DNA of 64,000 nt from an uncultured candidate division Zixibacteria bacterium (GTDB taxonomy: Bacteria; Zixibacteria; MSB-5A5; UBA10806). The stretch covers positions 160,001 to 224,000 of the forward strand of contig CAWFQL010000016.1 of NCBI GenBank assembly GCA_963817915.1, written 5' to 3'. The notes below the pieces were generated by a model that was given only the letters and a program-made list of their open reading frames with translations, was not told the origin of the DNA and did not search any database. A program made the position numbers and the translations under genes. This document shows, in pieces, positions 22,419 to 31,900 of the stretch. The stretch's first letter is position 1. Every line of letters starts with the position of its first letter.

Positions 22419-22541
22419 AAAGTAGGTCAGGTCGCCTGCGACCTGACTATAAATTTAGGACGTCATTTCCCAGGGGAAATGACCTACAAAGATATGTTTT
22501 TTGATCGGCATTGACTACTTCGATATATTTATTGTCGATTT
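22419..22541. repeat. Second exact copy of the 123-bp REP-containing spacer
   Basis: Base-for-base identical to 20843-20965 (offset 1576). Confidence 0.92.
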
Positions 22542-22569
22542 ATTGATAAAATAAGGCGCTGTAACATTA

Positions 22570-24115
22570 TTATTTTAGATATAGAAGTTTGATAGCCTTT
22601 TCGTTTTGGGACGCTCTTGCTCTGGCGAAATAGATGCCTGAAGAGACTTTATTTCCCATAGCATCCCGGGCGTCCCATATTATTTGTCCCTCCTCATTTG
22701 AATCGGTCCCCAATTTAGTGATCAATTGACCATTGATGTTGTAAATCTCGATCTCACCTCCTTCCAGATTAGAATAAGTGATTATTGTTGACGAATTAAA
22801 TGGGTTTGGATATGCCCTAATAGAAATACCGTCAGGCTTTGTTTGTCTATCCGGCTCGACATTAGAACTGCCTGAAATTGTCCCTCTACGGTAATACAAG
22901 CATTTATGGTTGCCCCATAAGGTATCATCCCGGGCATCGCAGTAAACGACATGGGTATAGCTGCCATCAATCGCGACTGATGGATAGACCGATCTCCAGG
23001 GGGAATGAGTCACCCTTAATGGCTCACCCCAGGTGACCCCACCATCAGGAGAGAGATTGAAAAAGACCTCTTCTGAATTTGTTTCTCCATCGAGTACAAT
23101 CTCATCATAAACCATGAATAAGGAGTCGTTTCTCTGAGTGATATTCTTGCCGAAGGCCAGATGATTGAATGTCAATTGTTGCTCGGGCAGCCAGGAATCG
23201 CCGTTATTAGTGGAGCGGCGCATGAGAATGTCGCCAGTCCAGGCATAAGGGGAATATTTATAATCGACCCAAATTACGACAAGATTGGAATCCCCCCAGG
23301 CCGTCATCTCGGGGTCAAAGGATGCGTGCGTGGGATCGTCGGAGATTCTCAAAGTATCGCTCCATCCGGGCTGTGCAAAGAGATACCTGCAATAATATAT
23401 CTCTTCATTACCCGCCTCAACGACCAAGTGAAGAGCCGATGGAGTCGCTCCTAAGGCCGATTCCCCCTCAAGATAGCGCTTCGTAGAATGATGATACCAG
23501 CGGTATCCGTGGTCAGGACTATAATAGCACTCCATATTATGAACGCTGACAGATAGAACAGTATAAAATACTGTATCCAAGCGTACAGTGGAAAATTGGT
23601 TCCCCGAAATATAGGTTCTTCTCCAGCTACTCCAGGTTTCACCAAAATCGCTCGAATAAACCGAGCGAAAAACTCCATTCCCGCTAAATGGAGCAGTAAT
23701 AAAATTGGAGTCTGCAAAAATTAAAGCCCCCCCCCCTTACTCCAGGATCTACTAAACATACCTGATCGCTCCAGTTTGCGCCATTATCCGAGCTTCTAAC
23801 GTAGTATGGTTCAACAGTATAATTGCTGGTGATAGCGTGCACATAACCTTCATCTGCGGCAACTGCGCTAAAAAAGGTGTTAAGGCCATACGTCAGCCTG
23901 ACTTCAGGCCCCCAGTCTATGGAGAGAATTTGATTGCGATTATCGGGCTCGCTGGCCTGGGCCGGCATGCCCGGAGATGGATCGGGCAAAGTGGCATGCA
24001 TATTCCGCGGTTGCCAAGAGCCATCCGGGAAGTAGCGTCCGGACCTATCAGGCGTTTGGCCAATAGCCATAGAAAAGAGAATCATTATATTTGCTATTAT
24101 TGTGATTGAGCGCAT
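22570..24115 (-). CDS. Secreted BNR-repeat beta-propeller protein with YPNPFN-type C-terminal domain (copy B), frameshifted at a G10 tract (23727-23736)
   Basis: AAGGGG RBS, signal peptide MRSITIIANIMILFSMAIG, Asp-boxes (SSDNGANW, SSDFGETW, STNNGDSW, SPDGGVTW). G9 restores the frame into ORF 22570-23580. Confidence 0.8.
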
Positions 24116-24414
24116 AGAGTAATTCCCCTTTAAATTCCCCTTTTTCACGCTATTAAAATAAGCTGTCTTACCATTTAAATATGCAATTTTATCCATTTTG
24201 TCAAGAATTATTTTAAGTTTATTTTGTATTTTCAGGGCTCGCGCAATCAATGTTATGTCTTTTTTTTCTATTTAACCCATTATGATAAATCAATGGATTG
24301 ATAGAGTATGATAACGTCGAGGCTATAAAACATCTAAAATATTATATTGCAATATTAGAAAGCTATTGTATATTAATCACAGATATTTAAATCTGAATTA
24401 TTATGAGGCACCTC

Positions 24415-25893
24415 ATGCGCAAGACCTTAGCCTTAATAATATTAATAATAGCCTTGACCGCCACGGCCGCCTTTGCCGGCTGGTCGGAGCCGAGGCTTGT
24501 ATCTCCCCCGGGCGGGTGCGATGCCCCCCAGATATTAGCTATTCGAGATACATTACACATTGTATATGAAACTACACGATATTATGATAAGATAGTTTAT
24601 CAAAGGAGCACGGATGGGGGGCTAACCTGGAGCGCTCAACATATACTTTCGGATCGCTTATATGAAACACTCTTCCCAAAGATAATAGCTAGAGGTGACA
24701 GACTAATGGCGCTTTGGAAGAAAGGGCTTACTGGTTATTATAGAAATACTATCGCTTTTAGTGTTTCGACGAATAATGGAATCACCTGGTCAACCCCCGG
24801 CGTGGTTATTAATCCGGGTTGCCCTGATAATCTTTATTTTGCCGCTTCCGTGGGAAACGGATTGAATATAAATGTAGTAAATCGGACTTTCGTCGATAGC
24901 GATCTTATATTTTACAGTATTCGAAGCACTAATTTCGGGCAAACATGGACTGATCCGCAAGAAATATTCGGTTGTACTGAGGCCGGATTGCCCGATCAGA
25001 CAAGTTATGGTAATAGCATACATCTTACTTGGCAAGGTCGCTTTAACTTAAATGAGCCCTGGGATATTTATTATTGCCGAAGTACTGATGGAGGACAAAC
25101 ATGGTCCCCAAACACAATGCTCAGCACCATGGACAATCATGGGGCTTTAAGCCCCGCAATTTGCGTGAGCGATTCTGATAAAGTCAATGTTAGTTGGATG
25201 GATGGCAAGTACTCGCCGTATTTGGTTACCGGTGACATACTCATGCGACATAGCGGAGATTCAGGGCAGGATTGGGAATCTGAAAATCAAGTATCGTTTA
25301 ACCATTTCGCGTTGGGGGCAAGCGACATTGTCTCTGAAGGGGATACTATTAATATCGTTTGGGAAGACGCGATCATGGGGTTGGCCAATAGAAGCATTTA
25401 TTATGTCAAAAGCACCGATGATGGGGCTACATGGAGCGAACCTTATTGGATAGACGGGACATTCGACGATTCATCAAATCCAGCTCTGGCTGTATCCAAT
25501 GGTAAAGTATATTGTATTTGGACTGATGGTAGGCCCATACCGGATACCAATATAATAGGCGGGGTATATATCAGCCGTTGGGATCCTGAACCGAGCGGTA
25601 TCAAAAATGTAAATAACAATAATGTTCCAGATGAGATAAATTTATCGGCCTATCCCAATCCATTCAATTCAACAACCGTTATCAATTATACGAACATGAA
25701 AGGAGGTGATATTGAGATATTCAACAGCAACGGACAGTTGGTAACGATATTGGGGATCGAATTGAGTAATGAAGGGCAAATAAAATGGGACGCCCGGGAT
25801 GCAATGGGAAATAGAGTCTCTTCAGGCATTTATTTCGCCAGAGCAAGAGCGTCCCAGCATACTCTTTCACTTAAACTAATGTATCTGAAATAA
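24415..25893 (+). CDS. Secreted BNR-repeat (sialidase-like fold) protein with YPNPFN-type C-terminal domain (copy C)
   Basis: Signal peptide, six Asp-box motifs (STDGGLTW etc.), KYSPY..TGDILMR block shared with copies A and B, C-terminal AYPNPFNSTT...SGIYFAR...KLMYLK. Confidence 0.85.
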   Translation: MRKTLALIILIIALTATAAFAGWSEPRLVSPPGGCDAPQILAIRDTLHIVYETTRYYDKIVYQRSTDGGLTWSAQHILSDRLYETLFPKIIARGDRLMALWKKGLTGYYRNTIAFSVSTNNGITWSTPGVVINPGCPDNLYFAASVGNGLNINVVNRTFVDSDLIFYSIRSTNFGQTWTDPQEIFGCTEAGLPDQTSYGNSIHLTWQGRFNLNEPWDIYYCRSTDGGQTWSPNTMLSTMDNHGALSPAICVSDSDKVNVSWMDGKYSPYLVTGDILMRHSGDSGQDWESENQVSFNHFALGASDIVSEGDTINIVWEDAIMGLANRSIYYVKSTDDGATWSEPYWIDGTFDDSSNPALAVSNGKVYCIWTDGRPIPDTNIIGGVYISRWDPEPSGIKNVNNNNVPDEINLSAYPNPFNSTTVINYTNMKGGDIEIFNSNGQLVTILGIELSNEGQIKWDARDAMGNRVSSGIYFARARASQHTLSLKLMYLK

Positions 25894-25910
25894 TATATAT
25901 TCTTGGGTTA

Positions 25911-26298
25911 TCGTCGGGTGCGGAGACCCGACGACACGGGGAGCGGGTTTAGATTGCTTCGTCCGCCTGCGACTGAACTTCGATATACGGCTGTCGGGTC
26001 AGGCGACCCGACAGCACATATTAATCGGTTACTGCGACCCGACAGCACCGAATGTAATTGTAGGGGCGGGTTTGAAACCCGCCCCTACCGCGGATTCGTT
26101 ATAACAATTGAATTATCGTCGGGTGCGAAGACCTGGCGATGCAAGGAAGAGCCCGAACCGCAGGGGTTCGGGCCTACCCATAAATTAAATTTCTTCGTAG
26201 AGACGCAAAATCTTGCGTCTCTACATTGCTAACTTTGTTATCGGGTGGGGTCACCCGGCACCACTAAAATTGCCCGAACCACGGGGGTTCGGGCCTAC
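25911..26298. repeat. Dense mosaic array of at least eight REP-like hairpins
   Basis: GTCGGGT..ACCCGAC family (three to four copies), GTAGGGGCGGGTTTGAAACCCGCCCCTAC, GTAGAGACGCAAAATCTTGCGTCTCTAC, and GCCCGAACC..GGTTCGGGCCTAC twice. Confidence 0.9.
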
Positions 26299-26303
26299 AA
26301 AAA

Positions 26304-26990
26304 TTATTTTTTTTCGGCTGGCGCGGCAGGGGATTTGGCTGTAACCGCTTTTTCCATTTCGGCTGGTGTCGGCGGCATCAGGACTTTGTCGATTTCATGA
26401 ATGACACCGTTGGAGCAGGCGATATCGGCCTTAACAACATTGGCGTCTTCAACCATCAAGGCATTATCGCCCATCGGCATGAATCTTAATTCCGTACTAT
26501 GCATAGATCTGGCGCTCTTCATGTCCTTAATTGCCGCAGCCATATACTTTGTGTGAATGGTATGATTATGAACCAGATACATCAATTCGCTTTTGTTCTT
26601 CATCATGGCGTCGAGTTTATCTTTGGGCAATTTGCTGAACGCGTCATCGTTGGGCGCGAAAACCGTGAACGGCCCCTGTCCCTTATACGAGTCGGATAGT
26701 CCAGCGTTTTTGATTGCGGCTACAAACATCTTGAAATTTGGCATTTCCTCGAGGGTTTGCATGATGTCCTTGCCCGCCATCACGCTTTTGAGAGCATTAA
26801 CTGCCGGTTTTTGTGCTTTCATATCCATTTGTGGTGCTTGCTTGGCGGTCATAGTCGGCGGTGTCGATTGGCTCTTGGGGTCGGGTTTGGCTCCCTGAGT
26901 AGCCGTAGCCTGCTGGGCCGATACCGAAATAACCATGCCCGATACGAAAATGGCAATCAGGACTGCCATGCTGATTCTTTTAGTTTTCAC
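26304..26990 (-). CDS. Fasciclin (FAS1) domain protein
   Basis: GPFTVFAPNDDAF and NGVIHEIDKVL motifs; signal peptide; GTG start after GGAG. Confidence 0.92.
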   Translation of the reverse strand: MKTKRISMAVLIAIFVSGMVISVSAQQATATQGAKPDPKSQSTPPTMTAKQAPQMDMKAQKPAVNALKSVMAGKDIMQTLEEMPNFKMFVAAIKNAGLSDSYKGQGPFTVFAPNDDAFSKLPKDKLDAMMKNKSELMYLVHNHTIHTKYMAAAIKDMKSARSMHSTELRFMPMGDNALMVEDANVVKADIACSNGVIHEIDKVLMPPTPAEMEKAVTAKSPAAPAEKK

Positions 26991-27518
26991 GGTATCACTC
27001 CTTTTTTTAGGGTTCGAATTAAGAAATAAAAACAACTATCCTTATAAATTTTCTGTCTTCATCCAAAATCGCGATAGCAATTAGCATGGTATTTCCCAAA
27101 CTGTAATTCATTATCGATATGTTGACTTTGCATATTATATTTTGACCCGAAATTATGCTTATAATTTACCGCGAATATTTCTCCTGATTTCGTGGGAAAG
27201 TATGCCCATAATGTACCCGTCAGGACAATAACTATCATTCGCTGGGAATAGTTTTATTCGAATGAATAAAAAATGTTCCTTTTGAGAGTTCCAAAATCGG
27301 GAAATTAAATTACCTAAGCTGTCCATTTAAAAGTCTCGGTTTGGCTCGATATCCGCAAAAACCCCTAACCGTCCCAAATACAGGCGATTATAGAAACTCA
27401 ACCGGGATTTTAGGCCAAAAAATCGTTGAATGAAAGATATTGACATTATATTAACTATGAGTATATTGACGGTCTGTATTTGTTAACGGGTCAGATAAGA
27501 CTTTTTGGGAGTTAAAGG

Positions 27519-29180
27519 ATGAAAAGAGGACAAATTACCTGGATTATCGTAATCGGATTGGCTACGATTGCATCGATTTTTCTGCTTTACCCATCCGTGC
27601 AATTCTACAACCAGAATCCGGCGGAGCTTAAAAAGAATAATCCCTCAGAATATTATTCATTGAAAAGCAAGGCCTTGAGACTGGGACTTGACCTCCAGGG
27701 TGGCGTACACATGGTGTTACAAGTCAAGAATGCGCGCGGTGGTGCGATTACACCGGATGTTCAAGATCAGGTATTGGAAAAAATTAGAATCAGGGTCGAT
27801 AAATACGGCATCGCCGAACCCGAAATAGTCAAATCGGGTCCGGATCAGATTGTTGTTGACCTTCCAGGCTATACCGATATCGATACTGCCAAGGCATTAA
27901 TAGGTAGTACAGCGCAATTACAATTCAAGCTCTTAAGGTCAACCGATGAATGCCAGGCATTATTGAAGTCAATAGACTCCGTGCTGGTGATTTCATTGAA
28001 GAAAGAGACACCGGGCGCCTTATCTGCCCCAACCGAAAAGACTGCGCAATCAGATACCGCTTCCAAGGCCATAAAGAGCCTATTCGGAGCCGAGACCAAG
28101 GATACAACCCAGACGGCTCTGAATGAAGAAGATATCGCCGCGAAGCAGCCATTTTCATCATTGCTAGAGTCGAACGGCCGTTGGTGGTTCCTCACTATGC
28201 AGGATTTTTATAAAGCGCAGCAATATCTGGCTCTCCCGGAAGTACAGGCAATTATCCCGCCCAATTATCAGCTGGCATGGGGAACCCGTCCGGAAAAAAG
28301 AGGAGACAGAGATTTTCAGACACTATATATCCTCAATAAGAATATCGAGATGACCGGCGAATATCTGGTTAGTGTCAAAGAGGGTTATGATCAGATGAGA
28401 GTTCCGGAAGTCTCATTTGATCTCAATGCCGATGGCGCCAGGATATTTTCCAGAATAACCGGCAATCATATAAATGAGCCGTTGGCAATATTGATAGATG
28501 ATCGAGTCGAATCAGCGCCGAACATCCAATCGAGAATTTCCAAGAGCGGCAAAATCACCATGGGCCAGGACGCTACGATCAGCGACGCTTATCTGCTGGC
28601 GGTGCTCTTGAAATCAGGAGCTCTTCCTGCCCAGGTTGATATTTTACAAAGTACAATTATCGGACCTTCTTTAGGACAGGATTCGATCAACAAGGGTAAG
28701 ACAGCGTCACTAATAGGAATAATTCTGGTCGTGTTATTCATGGCATTTTACTATAAAATTTCAGGGCTGATAGCCGACCTCGCTGTGATTTTAAATACAT
28801 TCTTTATATTGGCATTCATGGTTTTGCCCGGAGTGAATTCCACTCTAACGATGCCGGGTATAGCGGGGATAATTTTGACCGTAGGTATGTCGGTGGATTC
28901 TAACGTGCTGATATTTGAAAGAATCAGGGAGGAGCTGCGAACAGGCAAGACAGTTCGAGCGGCGATCGATGCCGGATATGACAGAGCGTTATTGACGGTT
29001 ATCGATTCACACGTTACGACTCTTATTACGGCGTTGTTCTTGTTTGTTTTCGGATCGGGACCGGTAAGAGGATTCGCGGTTACCCTGTCTGTAGGAATTC
29101 TGCTTTCGCTTTTTACAGCAATATTCGTAACCAAGACGGTTTTCGATTTGCGTAAGCAATATAAGACCCTTTCGATTTAA
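27519..29180 (+). CDS. secD: Protein translocase subunit SecD
   Basis: LGLDLQGG, GPSLGQDSI, GMSVDSNVLIFERIREE, GPVRGFAVTL. Confidence 0.96.
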   Translation: MKRGQITWIIVIGLATIASIFLLYPSVQFYNQNPAELKKNNPSEYYSLKSKALRLGLDLQGGVHMVLQVKNARGGAITPDVQDQVLEKIRIRVDKYGIAEPEIVKSGPDQIVVDLPGYTDIDTAKALIGSTAQLQFKLLRSTDECQALLKSIDSVLVISLKKETPGALSAPTEKTAQSDTASKAIKSLFGAETKDTTQTALNEEDIAAKQPFSSLLESNGRWWFLTMQDFYKAQQYLALPEVQAIIPPNYQLAWGTRPEKRGDRDFQTLYILNKNIEMTGEYLVSVKEGYDQMRVPEVSFDLNADGARIFSRITGNHINEPLAILIDDRVESAPNIQSRISKSGKITMGQDATISDAYLLAVLLKSGALPAQVDILQSTIIGPSLGQDSINKGKTASLIGIILVVLFMAFYYKISGLIADLAVILNTFFILAFMVLPGVNSTLTMPGIAGIILTVGMSVDSNVLIFERIREELRTGKTVRAAIDAGYDRALLTVIDSHVTTLITALFLFVFGSGPVRGFAVTLSVGILLSLFTAIFVTKTVFDLRKQYKTLSI

Positions 29181-29194
29181 TGGAGTAGGATACA

Positions 29195-30181
29195 ATGATA
29201 CAGATATTAAAACAGACGAATATCCACTTTATTGAGAAACGGCATTATGCCTTCATTCTTTCGAGCATCATGGTAGGGCTGGGAATATTAGCATTTATTC
29301 TCATTCTCACCGGCAAAGCCAATCTCGGAATGGATTTTACAGGTGGTGCCGAAATTACCGGCAATTTCGATCAGCCGGTTACCGCTCAGGAATTGAGAAA
29401 CGCTCTCAATGAAGTCGGATACGGACAGGCGGTTATTCAATCGGTAGCCGGAAAGGGTTTTCAGAATTCATTCATTATTCGAGTACAAGGGAAGATCGAA
29501 AATGCTCTGCCTGAGACAACATTCGCTGAAGACGGCAAAATGGTAGTCAATATGGTGGCATTGGAAGGCGACAAGCTGGCGACAGTGATGAAAAACGCCA
29601 TCAATGAGCATTTTGGCAATAATAAATTCAAGCTCGATTCCACCAATAATATCAGCGGTAAAGTCGGGAAGCAATTGGCTCATGACGCTACCTGGGCAGT
29701 GATATTCGCATTCCTGGGCATACTTGTTTACATCTGGATTCGATTCGATTTCAGGTTCGGAGTGGCGGCGACAGTCGCGACTTTCCATGATGTCCTGGCG
29801 ATGTTGGGAATTTATTTCATCCTGAATCGAGAAATATCGCTTTTGTTGATAACAGCCTTGCTGACTGTTGCGGGTTACTCATTGACCGATACGGTCGTTG
29901 TGTTCGATAGAATCCGCGAAAACTTGAAGCAATTCAGAAAACGTTCTGATTTTTCCGGTACTGTAAATCTTTCAATAAACGAAGTATTATCGAGAACAAT
30001 CATTACGTCATTGACCACCGAACTGGCCGTAATCGCGATCTTGACATTCGGCGGAAAGGTGCTGTTTGATTTCGCGCTGGCCCTGACGATAGGGATTGTA
30101 ATCGGAACATATAGTTCGGTTTTTGTGGCTAGCCCGATTATTGTCGAATGGGAAAACCGTTCTCCGAGACGAGTAAAATAA
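29195..30181 (+). CDS. secF: Protein translocase subunit SecF
   Basis: GMDFTGG, FHDV, GYSLTDTVVVFDRIRE, GTYSSVFVASP. Confidence 0.96.
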   Translation: MIQILKQTNIHFIEKRHYAFILSSIMVGLGILAFILILTGKANLGMDFTGGAEITGNFDQPVTAQELRNALNEVGYGQAVIQSVAGKGFQNSFIIRVQGKIENALPETTFAEDGKMVVNMVALEGDKLATVMKNAINEHFGNNKFKLDSTNNISGKVGKQLAHDATWAVIFAFLGILVYIWIRFDFRFGVAATVATFHDVLAMLGIYFILNREISLLLITALLTVAGYSLTDTVVVFDRIRENLKQFRKRSDFSGTVNLSINEVLSRTIITSLTTELAVIAILTFGGKVLFDFALALTIGIVIGTYSSVFVASPIIVEWENRSPRRVK

Positions 30182-30203
30182 TCTGACCATAAATAGTTTT
30201 TTG

Positions 30204-30229
30204 AGGCGGGCTTGTCCCGCCTTTTTTTA
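30204..30229 (+). terminator. Intrinsic terminator after secF
   Basis: AGGCGGG-CTTGT-CCCGCCT followed by a T run. Confidence 0.8.
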
Positions 30230-30367
30230 TGTCTTTTTTCCCTGGCATATGAGCATTGAGAAATTTTTTCTTGACCCTGCAGTGTCATGGCCTATATTAG
30301 CCCCAGCCTATTTGTAGTTGGATAGACTTTTTTGGCAATAATTTTATAAACCAGCAAGGGGAAAATA

Positions 30368-30829
30368 GTGGAAAATAAAAAAATGCCTCGGCGAGATGTC
30401 ATCAACTATCTTCTTGGTGCAGGGGTGGGCGCGTTGGGTGCGGCTACTATATATCCCATAATCAGGTATATTCTTCCTCCACCGGCGTCCGAAAGCGGAA
30501 CATCCTCGGTTTCGGCGGCGAAGGTCGGAGAGCTGCAGCCCAATCAAGGGAAGATTTTCAAATTCGGCAATCTGCCCGCGATACTTGTTTTAAAGCAAGG
30601 GGGCGATCCTAAGAGCGCGTTAAGCTATGTGGCTTTCACAGCGGTCTGCACTCATCTCAATTGTACGGTTCAATATCGCGCCGAAGGCGGGGATATCTGG
30701 TGCGCCTGCCATAATGGCCATTACGATCTAAACGGAAATGTTATCTCAGGGCCTCCACCTGCACCATTGACTCAATACGATGTCTCGATCAAGGGTGAAG
30801 ACATATTCGTCTCGGCGAAGGGGGCATGA
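30368..30829 (+). CDS. Rieske [2Fe-2S] subunit of a Rieske/cytochrome b complex
   Basis: Tat-like RR plus TM anchor; CTHLNC and [15 protein letters not shown]. Confidence 0.93.
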   Translation: MENKKMPRRDVINYLLGAGVGALGAATIYPIIRYILPPPASESGTSSVSAAKVGELQPNQGKIFKFGNLPAILVLKQGGDPKSALSYVAFTAVCTHLNCTVQYRAEGGDIWCACHNGHYDLNGNVISGPPPAPLTQYDVSIKGEDIFVSAKGA

Positions 30830-31899
30830 TGGATAATCGCAATTGGTTATATCGCTGGTTTGACGAACGAGTTGATCTTCAGAGTCTCGAAGATCTTCTC
30901 CATCATAAGAAGGTTCCGTATCATCGACATTCACTCTGGTACTATATAGGTGGAATGTCGCTTTTTCTTTTTATAGTCCAGGTAGTGACAGGAATTCTGC
31001 TTCTGCTCTATTATAAACCGACTGCGGAAGCGGCCTATGAATCGGTTCAGTATATCATGACCGGCGTGCCGTTCGGATGGCTAGTGCGGTCAATTCATTC
31101 ATATTCAGCAAATTTATTTATCGGCTTTGCGTTTCTGCATATGTTTTCGGTTTTCTTTATGAAGGCCTATAGAAGGCCGCGAGAATTGACCTGGATTTCG
31201 GGAGCTTTGCTCTTATTTCTGGCGCTGGGTTTTGGATTTTCCGGCTACCTTCTCCCCTGGAATCAACTCGCTTATCTGGCCACCAATGTCGGAACCGAGT
31301 TCTCGGTCATGGTGCCATTCGTGGGCAAATGGATTCTGCAATTCCTACGCGGAGGCGATCAGGTTACAGGAGCGACATTAACAAGATTTTTTGGATTCCA
31401 CGTGGCGGTGCTTCCCGGTATAACAACGACGATTCTGACAATACATTTGTTGTTCGTTCAACGGCAGGGAATGAGCGTGCCGATTTCTATCGAAAAAGAA
31501 ATAGCGGCCGGTAAAGCCAAAAAACGCGAGATTCCATTTTTGCCAAACTTCCTATATCGCGATGTTATGGGCTGGACATTGGCGCTGGGTCTGATCGTGC
31601 TTTTATCATCGCTGTTTCCATGGGAATTGGGAGACAAGGCGGATATGCTTAAGCCTGCCCCACCGCATATCAAACCTGAATGGTATTTTGTCTTTATGTA
31701 TCAGACTTTAAAGTATGTGCCGAAATTAGTGGGAGTCTTTGGATTTGCCATTTTAGGAGGAATCTGGGTGCTGCTGCCATTTTTCGATTCAAAATCCAAT
31801 CGCGGACAACACAACAGGCTATATACCATAATTGGGATTGTAGTAGTCGCCTATATGGTGGTAATGACTGCAGTCGGTTATCTGGCGCCGGGGGAATAA
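30826..31899 (+). CDS. Cytochrome b (b6-like and subunit IV-like regions in one chain)
   Basis: Four heme-ligand His residues (SIH, FLH, GFH, TIH), GYLLPW and PEWYF. Confidence 0.93.
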   Translation: MMDNRNWLYRWFDERVDLQSLEDLLHHKKVPYHRHSLWYYIGGMSLFLFIVQVVTGILLLLYYKPTAEAAYESVQYIMTGVPFGWLVRSIHSYSANLFIGFAFLHMFSVFFMKAYRRPRELTWISGALLLFLALGFGFSGYLLPWNQLAYLATNVGTEFSVMVPFVGKWILQFLRGGDQVTGATLTRFFGFHVAVLPGITTTILTIHLLFVQRQGMSVPISIEKEIAAGKAKKREIPFLPNFLYRDVMGWTLALGLIVLLSSLFPWELGDKADMLKPAPPHIKPEWYFVFMYQTLKYVPKLVGVFGFAILGGIWVLLPFFDSKSNRGQHNRLYTIIGIVVVAYMVVMTAVGYLAPGE

Positions 31900-31900
31900 G

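Noticed and set aside
20843..22541. Integron attC cassette array
   Set aside because: The spacer has GTAG-footed REP hairpins, I could not identify attC R-box architecture (RYYYAAC...GTTRRRY), and there is no integrase nearby.
20995..24115. Diversity-generating retroelement (template/variable repeat pair)
   Set aside because: Differences between the copies involve all bases and indels rather than only adenines, and there is no reverse transcriptase in the window.
25903..26232. 109-aa ORF, and similar ORFs at 579-827, 22317-22514 and 33216-33416
   Set aside because: They run through REP hairpin clusters and have no RBS or protein-like features.
25911..26298. CRISPR array
   Set aside because: The repeats differ in sequence, length and orientation, spacing is irregular, and no cas genes are present.
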